Assembly (NCBI GenBank): GCA_964347415.1 | Contig: CAYFYJ010000022.1 | Coordinates: 51,088 to 115,087, forward strand | Source: an uncultured archaeon | GTDB taxonomy: Archaea; Aenigmatarchaeota; Aenigmatarchaeia; CG10238-14 | Reading direction: 5' to 3' | Length of the DNA stretch: 64,000 bases | Shown here: positions 57,921 through 64,000 of the stretch, in pieces | Layout of the letters: every line of letters starts with the position of its first letter | How positions within the stretch are numbered: the stretch's first letter is position 1 | Made by a program: the position numbers and the translations under genes | The notes under the pieces: model-generated | Seen by the model: only the letters and a program-made list of their open reading frames with translations | What the model was told of the DNA's origin: nothing | Databases searched by the model: none

Positions 57921-58565
57921 TCATTTCTCATCCAAAATCTCTTTAACCATCTTCTCAAAATCTCTATGAGATTCTTCAAAACCCCTTTTAGGATACCTTT
58001 CACTTTCTGTCACAATATAGTATTCTGCTAATGCTATGACATCTCCTTGTCCCCAGCCCAGATCCTTTTCATCCTTTTTCACGAATTCTTTGAAATCAGA
58101 CATTAATTGGTCTTCTTTCAGTTTTTCTTCAATTTCTTTTTCAATTTCTCTGGACGATTTACCTACAAAATCAAATCCTTTTTTTGGACGGGCATGTCTG
58201 TTATATCTAGACATCCTAGATGCAACGAAAGCTATTACGTAAACATTCTCCTCGCCGAATTCTTTATTCAAGAGTTCGATTTCTGTGGGCGATCTTAAAC
58301 CAGATAAAAAAACCAGTTTCTTGTCTTTAAACCGCGTATTAACAATTTCAATTAGTTTTTCAGTTAAATACGAATCAGAGATTTTCTTCAATTCCAACGT
58401 CACTTTTTTTATATTTTCAATTGTAGCTTCTAAACCTCTTTTTTTTAACTCTTCATATAAAGGCGTATGCGTTTCCAATAATGGGAAACCATATTTTTCA
58501 CCAAATTTTTTTGGATGGCTACTCTTACCGGAACCAGGCATACCTACGGTAACAACAATTTTCAT
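57921..58565 (-). CDS. P-loop nucleotide kinase (archaeal adenylate/dephospho-CoA kinase-like).
   Basis: Walker A VGMPGSGKSS plus a NMP-kinase-like fold pattern. Confidence 0.5.
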   Translation of the reverse strand: MKIVVTVGMPGSGKSSHPKKFGEKYGFPLLETHTPLYEELKKRGLEATIENIKKVTLELKKISDSYLTEKLIEIVNTRFKDKKLVFLSGLRSPTEIELLNKEFGEENVYVIAFVASRMSRYNRHARPKKGFDFVGKSSREIEKEIEEKLKEDQLMSDFKEFVKKDEKDLGWGQGDVIALAEYYIVTESERYPKRGFEESHRDFEKMVKEILDEK

Positions 58566-58569
58566 TGGA

Positions 58570-59007
58570 TCACTTAATCTGAATATTTTGTTTTTTGATG
58601 TTCTTAAATATTGAGTTTAATTGATCTTGGTCTATATAATCATAATTTTTAACATCTTCTTTGCCAATCCATGCAAAATCAACATGTTCATCTCCATCCA
58701 CTCGAGTGTTCTCATCATTCAGAACCCTACAAAGATAAATTATACCAACAACACTTATGTTATCTGGTCTGACGAAATTAAAAACACTCATAGGTCTTAT
58801 AATTTCTATATCCAAATTAACTTCTTCCTTAACTTCCCTCTTGAGGCCCTCTTTCGCATCTTCACCTTCTTGCAACTTCCCTCCTGGTATAGTCCATTTG
58901 CTAGGAAATGCTATTTCTTTCGCATTCCTCTTTATTATTAATAGCTTGTTCTTTTTGTTGAAGACTGCAGCCTTTGGTGTTACAATATGCGTCGGATATT
59001 TTCCCAT
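58570..59007 (-). CDS. NUDIX hydrolase.
   Basis: Nudix box GGKLQEGEDAKEGLKREVKEEVNL. Start trimmed to the internal Met MGKYPTHIV. Confidence 0.65.
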   Translation of the reverse strand: MGKYPTHIVTPKAAVFNKKNKLLIIKRNAKEIAFPSKWTIPGGKLQEGEDAKEGLKREVKEEVNLDIEIIRPMSVFNFVRPDNISVVGIIYLCRVLNDENTRVDGDEHVDFAWIGKEDVKNYDYIDQDQLNSIFKNIKKQNIQIK

Positions 59008-59060
59008 TTCATCACAAAAATATTGAAGAATTAAATAAACATTGATAAATAAAAACTTTT

Positions 59061-60017
59061 TCAATAAGTTGGTTTTACTGTAACTGGACTAGAACCATCA
59101 ATGTAGTATGAATATTCAAATATTATTTGAAATTGTTTATCCACTTTATTCGTAAAACTCCCTACTTTGGAAGGCATAAATGTACAATAAAGAATATGAG
59201 ATTCCCCACTACTGAGTTTCATTTCTTGTTCGTTACAGCTAATAATGTCACCTACTATGCTGGTTCTTAAATAATATTTTTTCGCGTTAGTATCATCCTG
59301 TTCACAACCTAAACCAACATCGCAAATATAAGGATAACCCTTACCCACATTTTCTATTTTAAATTTCATGATTCTATCCCCTAAGTCAGTTGGATCAATA
59401 ATAAAATGTCTACCACTAAAAGGAATCACAGATATAGGGCCATTTGTTAATTCAGAAGAAACTATGCCGCCAGAACTATATAATTTTTGTCTTTCCTCTT
59501 CATTTAACGATTGTAGATAATTATCATCGATAACTCTAATGATTCCAGAATATGTTGTGTTATAATTGTATTCCACTCTCACTCGGAAATCATAATCCGT
59601 CTCAGAAGTAACCCCTGAAGGTGCTCGCAGTTTCCACTCATAATAATCTGTAGCGCCCTCTATTTCTATAACAGGATCGGGTTGATACAAGTCTCCACCA
59701 GATGGCAGATTAGCTTGTATAAAACTTTTATCCAATTCTCGAAGACCATTTCCCCTTATAATCCAATCTCCTCCAGAAGACCCAAAATCAACTCCATAAA
59801 CTTGAATTTTTTTAAGCTCAGCTCTGCTGCCGCCCACATTCTGAACCTCCAAACGCAATACAACATTATCTTTCCCATAGACAGGTGAATGATCGAATGA
59901 GAGATCAGTAATGGCAACACCATCTTTGGTAGAAACAGTAACTGTTCCATTATCATCTATACAGCCTGAAATAACTATAATCAGGAATATTGAGAGCAAA
60001 ATCGATAAACGCTTCAT
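59061..60017 (-). CDS. Hypothetical secreted protein/lipoprotein.
   Basis: Signal peptide with a Cys near the cleavage region (ISGCIDD). Confidence 0.4.
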   Translation of the reverse strand: MKRLSILLSIFLIIVISGCIDDNGTVTVSTKDGVAITDLSFDHSPVYGKDNVVLRLEVQNVGGSRAELKKIQVYGVDFGSSGGDWIIRGNGLRELDKSFIQANLPSGGDLYQPDPVIEIEGATDYYEWKLRAPSGVTSETDYDFRVRVEYNYNTTYSGIIRVIDDNYLQSLNEEERQKLYSSGGIVSSELTNGPISVIPFSGRHFIIDPTDLGDRIMKFKIENVGKGYPYICDVGLGCEQDDTNAKKYYLRTSIVGDIISCNEQEMKLSSGESHILYCTFMPSKVGSFTNKVDKQFQIIFEYSYYIDGSSPVTVKPTY

Positions 60018-60055
60018 ACTACTATTTTAGAATTATGACTTTAAACAATTTTTTA

Positions 60056-60121
<66 letters not shown>

Positions 60122-60131
<10 letters not shown>

Positions 60132-60430
60132 TGAGTTACATTCTTCAACCATTCTAAATACTTGTCGTAAACTTTTTCAACCTTTATTTCTACAATCTCT
60201 GGGACTTCATACGGATGAATTTCTTTTATTTTTTGGAAGACTTTTTGAACTAATTCCACCCTAGTTTTAAATATTATTAAACATTCTTTTTCTTCGTTGA
60301 TTTTTCCTTTCCACCAAAATCTACTTCCCACATCTATTTTACTTGCACATGCTGCTAGTTTTAATTCTAAGATTTCATCTATCAACATCTGGGACTTATC
60401 TATTGCACATGTTGTTAATACTAATCGCAT
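60122..60430 (-). CDS. cutA: Divalent-cation tolerance protein CutA.
   Basis: …LAACASKIDVGSRFWWKGKINEEKECLIIFKT…HPYEVPEI…. The last codons and stop overlap the tRNA-Lys(CUU) 5' end. Confidence 0.7.
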
Positions 60431-60438
60431 GTTTACAC

Positions 60439-60870
60439 CTACTTTGTTGACCAGTAAGTTCCATTCCTCTTTTTCCACTTCAAATAATCAATAATAATTT
60501 TTTTATGATCGAATGAGAGCCCATTTAGAATTTTATCATCGATCTTGAACCAAGCGGCAGAAGCAGCATCATTCCCCCCCTTCACTATTCCAGTTTTAGG
60601 TTCTGCTATGAAAACTGTAGTCAACAAATGACCCCTAGGATCTCTGTCAGGTATGGAGTAGACACCTAATATTTCTTTTAATTCAACGTCAAGAGAAGTT
60701 TCTTCTTTTGCTTCTATAATGGCTCTTTCTTCAATCAATTCACCTTCATTAACAAAACCACCTGGTATCGCTAATTTACCTTTGAAAGGTTCGTTCTTTC
60801 TTGTGATTAGAACTATTCTATCATCTTTCTCTATTATAATATCTACTGTTGGAGTCGGGTTCTTGTACAT
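60439..60870 (-). CDS. NUDIX hydrolase (ADP-ribose pyrophosphatase-like).
   Basis: Nudix box GGFVNEGELIEERAIIEAKEETSL. Confidence 0.7.
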   Translation of the reverse strand: MYKNPTPTVDIIIEKDDRIVLITRKNEPFKGKLAIPGGFVNEGELIEERAIIEAKEETSLDVELKEILGVYSIPDRDPRGHLLTTVFIAEPKTGIVKGGNDAASAAWFKIDDKILNGLSFDHKKIIIDYLKWKKRNGTYWSTK

Positions 60871-60880
60871 TAAATCACGA

Positions 60881-60954
60881 TGGGCCCGGCGCGATTTGAA
60901 CGCGCGACCAACTGGTTAAAAGCCAGCTGCTCTACCATGCTGAGCTACGGGCCC
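60881..60954 (-). tRNA. tRNA-Lys (anticodon UUU).
   Basis: Acceptor GGGCCCG/CGGGCCC, anticodon loop CUUUUAA, T-arm GCGCGUUCAAAUCGCGC. Confidence 0.75.
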
Positions 60955-61020
60955 TATAGTATTTACAATAAATATGAGAACAAGAAAAATTAAAGTTTTA
61001 AAAATAATGTTTAATACAAA

Positions 61021-61206
61021 CTACCTCTTTCTGTTCCTGTATATATCTCTAGTTTGCCAGTTGAAATTTTTTATCTTAGAGTTTTCACCATATCCACAAG
61101 CAGAACATTTTCTCTTTCTGATATGAAAAGCCCTTCTCCCGCATCTTCTACATAAAACATGAGTTCTTTTCTGATGTTTACCAAAAGATGGTGTTCCCCT
61201 TGTCAT
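61021..61206 (-). CDS. rpl37e: Ribosomal protein L37e (eL37).
   Basis: MTRGTPSFGKHQKRTHVLCRRCGRRAFHIRKRKCSACG. Confidence 0.85.
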   Translation of the reverse strand: MTRGTPSFGKHQKRTHVLCRRCGRRAFHIRKRKCSACGYGENSKIKNFNWQTRDIYRNRKR

Positions 61207-61220
61207 TGCTATCACCTAAT

Positions 61221-61436
61221 CTAAACAGGAGAAGCATAGAGTATCGTGTCGCCTCTGATCAAGAGTGTGGTTAATTTTCTTTTGTTTTCTCCCTGTATTT
61301 CAGAATCCTCTAACCAAAGGTTGAGATGCAAGTCTAAAGCCACAAGCGTTCCTGTTATCTCTTCACCATTCTTCAATTTAACAAAAACCTTTTTCCCTTT
61401 CGCTTTGTCTAATGCATCTATGGGTCTATCTGGCAT
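61221..61436 (-). CDS. Archaeal Sm-like protein (SmAP).
   Basis: Sm1/Sm2 motifs (…VKLKNGEEITGTLVALDLHLNLWL…, …IRGDTI…). Confidence 0.8.
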   Translation of the reverse strand: MPDRPIDALDKAKGKKVFVKLKNGEEITGTLVALDLHLNLWLEDSEIQGENKRKLTTLLIRGDTILYASPV

Positions 61437-61561
61437 TTTTTCACTATTTTACTTTTGTCAACATCTATACTTAAATACTTTTTATACACCGTTTTAACTC
61501 ACCGAACGAATAGTAATATTTAAGAAGATATGCTTAAATTTATCTAAGATAAGGTCATCAT

Positions 61562-61954
61562 ATGTCCAAATGGAATATAGACAAGGGCAAGAAAGTTACT
61601 GGCGGCGTAATACATTCGCATAGAAAGAAGAGAAGATTTCAGAGAGGATCATTACCCTTACACACAAAAGTTGGCGAAGAAATAAAATGGATTGATAGGA
61701 AGAGAGGGGGAGTAAGGAAAATTAAACTGGCCAGGGTTGAATTTGCGAATGTTATTGATCCCAAGACTAATAAAGCAAAAAAAGTAAAGATATTGGACGT
61801 TCTAAAGAATGAGGCCGATCCACATTTAGTCCGTAGTGAAATCATAACCAAAGGAGCCATCATAAAAACAGAGTTGGGTGAAGCCAAGGTTATTTCTAGA
61901 CCTTCTCAGGATGGGGTAGTAAATACCCTCATTTTAACTACTGAAGAGAAGTAA
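61562..61954 (+). CDS. rps8e: Ribosomal protein S8e (eS8).
   Basis: …KVTGGV…RKKR…, …ANVIDPKTNKAKK…, …ITKGAIIKTELGEAKVISRPSQDGVVN…. Confidence 0.85.
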   Translation: MSKWNIDKGKKVTGGVIHSHRKKRRFQRGSLPLHTKVGEEIKWIDRKRGGVRKIKLARVEFANVIDPKTNKAKKVKILDVLKNEADPHLVRSEIITKGAIIKTELGEAKVISRPSQDGVVNTLILTTEEK

Positions 61955-62005
61955 ATATAAACTAAGATAATTCTACCTCTTTTTGATCCATCTAAATTCG
62001 CATAA

Positions 62006-63979
62006 TCATTTCACTCTTATTTTAGGTATATATCTTTTCATTGACAGTGAATTCGTCACAACAGAAACAGAGCTGAATGCCATCGCCGTCGCAGCGATCA
62101 TAGGGTTCAACAAAAATCCAAAGAAAGGATATAATATACCTGCAGCTATTGGTATCCCTACAGCATTGTAGAAGAATGCCCAAAACAAGTTTTGTTTTAT
62201 TTTTTTAATTGTATAACCACTCAAATCTATACCAGTTACAACATCCCTCAAATCGTCTTTGATGAGAATAATATCTCCAGTCTCCATTGCCACGTCTGTC
62301 CCAGAGCCAACTGCTATTCCAACATCTGCTTGAGCTAGAGCAGGGGCATCATTTATCCCATCACCAACCATTGCCACTATTTTACCCTCTGCTTGTAACT
62401 TCTTTATCTCTTTAGCCTTATCTGCAGGAAGTACTTCTGCCAAAACACGATCGATACCAACTTGTTTCGCTATAGCCCTTCCAACTCTTTCATTATCTCC
62501 CGTAATTATAGCAACTTCTTTACCCATTCTGTGTAATTCTTCGACAGCCTCTTTACTGTACTCTTTCAACGTATCCGCCACAGCTATTATTCCTATAATT
62601 TTTTTATTCAAGGCCAATATCATCGCAGTTTTACCTTGTTCCTCCAATCTTTTCATTTCTTCCTCAATGTGACTTGTATCGATTTTGTTATCCTTCATCA
62701 GCCCCCTGTTTCCAAGCAAGATCGCTCTTTTCTGATACATTGCCTTCACACCCTTACCAGTTACTGCTTTAAAATGACTTGTATCAGGAATCTTGATCTT
62801 CTTCCTTCTCACTTCCTTAACAATCGCTTCTCCAAGAGGATGTTCTGATCCCTTCTCAACGATTCCAGCAAATTTTAATACTTCTTTTTCATTGTGTTTT
62901 TCAACAGGAACAACATCTGTAACTTCTGGTTCACCTTTTGTCAAAGTTCCTGTCTTATCGAATACTACGGTTTGCAACTTATGTGAAGTTTCTAAAGCTT
63001 CGGCACCCTTCATCAATATTCCGTTTTCAGCTCCCTTTCCAGTGCCAACCATTATTGCAGTAGGAGTTGCCAATCCTAGAGCACAAGGACATGCAATTAT
63101 CAAAACTGCGATAAAAACAGTTAAAGCAAAAACAAAAGATCGTCCGGCAACAAAATACCATAAACCAAAGGCTACTATCGCTATGACGATGACTGCTGGA
63201 ACAAAATATTGTGCTACTTTATCCGCCAACAATTGTATTGGAGCTTTAGAGGTCATTGCCTCTTCTACTATCTTTATTATATGTGCAAGAACTGTATCTT
63301 TACCAACACCCGTTGCTTTAATCTTTAACATACCAGTCTTGTTCATCGTAGATCCAATAACCTTATCTCCTTTCTTCTTCTCAACTGGTATACTCTCTCC
63401 TGTTATAACTTTTTCATCAACCCCTGAATAACCTTCTATTACTATTCCGTCTACCGGTATTTTCTCCCCTGGTCTGATTATAACGATATCACCGACATCA
63501 ACATCCTCTATTGGTATCTCTATCTCTTTACCATTTTTGATGACTTTGGCTGTTTTTGCTTGTAATCCAATCAATTTTTGTAAAACTGTAGAAGTTTTCC
63601 CTTTTGTTATAGCCTCGAGATACTTTCCAAGTAGAATGAAAACTAAGATGAATGCAGCTATTTCATAGTATAGATCCTCTACGCCATAGGTTCCAGTTCC
63701 TGACCAGATGGCTACAGAGATTAAAATACTGTAAATATAAGCTGCAGAAGTACCGATAAAAATCAATGAATCCATGTTTGGAGTTAACCTCAACAGACTC
63801 TTGAATCCGATGGTATAGAGTTTGAATCCAGCTATTATAACAGGAGTTGTCAGTATTAATTGAACTATTGCTTGATTGTTTTGGATAAGATCAGGGATAG
63901 GTAAACCAACCATCCATCCCATCGAAAAGTAAAGTAATGGAATTGAAAATATAAGGGATACTATGAGTCTTTTCTTCAA
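62006..63979 (-). CDS. copA: Cu+-transporting P-type ATPase CopA, apparently intact paralog. The N-terminal part continues beyond the window end.
   Basis: TGES, CPC (IACPCALG), intact [21 protein letters not shown]. The N-terminal HMA domain is not in the window. Confidence 0.85.
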   Translation of the reverse strand: MKKRLIVSLIFSIPLLYFSMGWMVGLPIPDLIQNNQAIVQLILTTPVIIAGFKLYTIGFKSLLRLTPNMDSLIFIGTSAAYIYSILISVAIWSGTGTYGVEDLYYEIAAFILVFILLGKYLEAITKGKTSTVLQKLIGLQAKTAKVIKNGKEIEIPIEDVDVGDIVIIRPGEKIPVDGIVIEGYSGVDEKVITGESIPVEKKKGDKVIGSTMNKTGMLKIKATGVGKDTVLAHIIKIVEEAMTSKAPIQLLADKVAQYFVPAVIVIAIVAFGLWYFVAGRSFVFALTVFIAVLIIACPCALGLATPTAIMVGTGKGAENGILMKGAEALETSHKLQTVVFDKTGTLTKGEPEVTDVVPVEKHNEKEVLKFAGIVEKGSEHPLGEAIVKEVRRKKIKIPDTSHFKAVTGKGVKAMYQKRAILLGNRGLMKDNKIDTSHIEEEMKRLEEQGKTAMILALNKKIIGIIAVADTLKEYSKEAVEELHRMGKEVAIITGDNERVGRAIAKQVGIDRVLAEVLPADKAKEIKKLQAEGKIVAMVGDGINDAPALAQADVGIAVGSGTDVAMETGDIILIKDDLRDVVTGIDLSGYTIKKIKQNLFWAFFYNAVGIPIAAGILYPFFGFLLNPMIAATAMAFSSVSVVTNSLSMKRYIPKIRVK

Positions 63980-64000
63980 ATCTTTAATCTCTTTCTCTTT

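Noticed and set aside
58036-58614. Plus-strand ORFs inside the P-loop kinase gene; similar antisense ORFs occur within copA and the ABC genes.
   Set aside because: They are antisense shadow ORFs within well-supported genes in an AT-rich genome.

Overview
This is a low-GC (roughly 33-36%) archaeal chromosomal segment, probably from a small-genome DPANN-like archaeon. The gene set is archaeal: ribosomal proteins L10e, L37ae, S19e, L37e and S8e, plus RpoP, Rpp21, Pcc1, prefoldin beta, an Sm protein, and archaeal-type AlaRS, GlyRS and TIM. The window is mostly housekeeping, and several accessory loci look non-standard.

Housekeeping content:
- aminoacyl-tRNA synthetases: GlyRS (partial), a split MetRS, AlaRS and CysRS
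- a dNTP/thymidylate cluster: HD hydrolase, dCMP deaminase, two thymidylate kinases, dCTP deaminase, a CYTH protein and a divergent ThyX-like protein
- a cluster of small conserved archaeal information-processing genes at 17.3-20.3 kb
- central metabolism: TIM, NAD kinase, GDH-family dehydrogenase, TrxB, glutaredoxin, Nnr, ALDH and GlnA
- a cysteine-themed cluster: a ParB/Srx-CysK fusion, cystathionine gamma-lyase, an intron-containing tRNA-Cys, NUDIX and CysRS
- five tRNAs: Thr-GGU, Cys-GCA with intron, Met-CAU with intron, Lys-CUU and Lys-UUU

Accessory or unusual loci:
- a roughly 6 kb copper/thiol island (37.3-43.6 kb): a membrane-tethered wHTH regulator, a DsbA-like protein, a DsbD-like TM + cupredoxin + HMA fusion, a Cys-rich secreted protein, CopZ, and a CopA copy inactivated by a frameshift and DKTGT->DKTKT; an intact CopA paralog sits at the window end
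- a tRNA-Thr-adjacent island carrying a large acidic surface protein and a standalone Cas4-like nuclease coupled to a HypC-like gene; a HypA-like zinc-ribbon gene lies at 57.1 kb
- extracytoplasmic thiol-disulfide oxidoreductases, including a CPFG variant
- two ABC export systems with a PadR regulator and S-layer-like proteins

No CRISPR array, rRNA or obvious transposase was seen. All calls are from reading the sequence and the ORF translations; no database searches were run.
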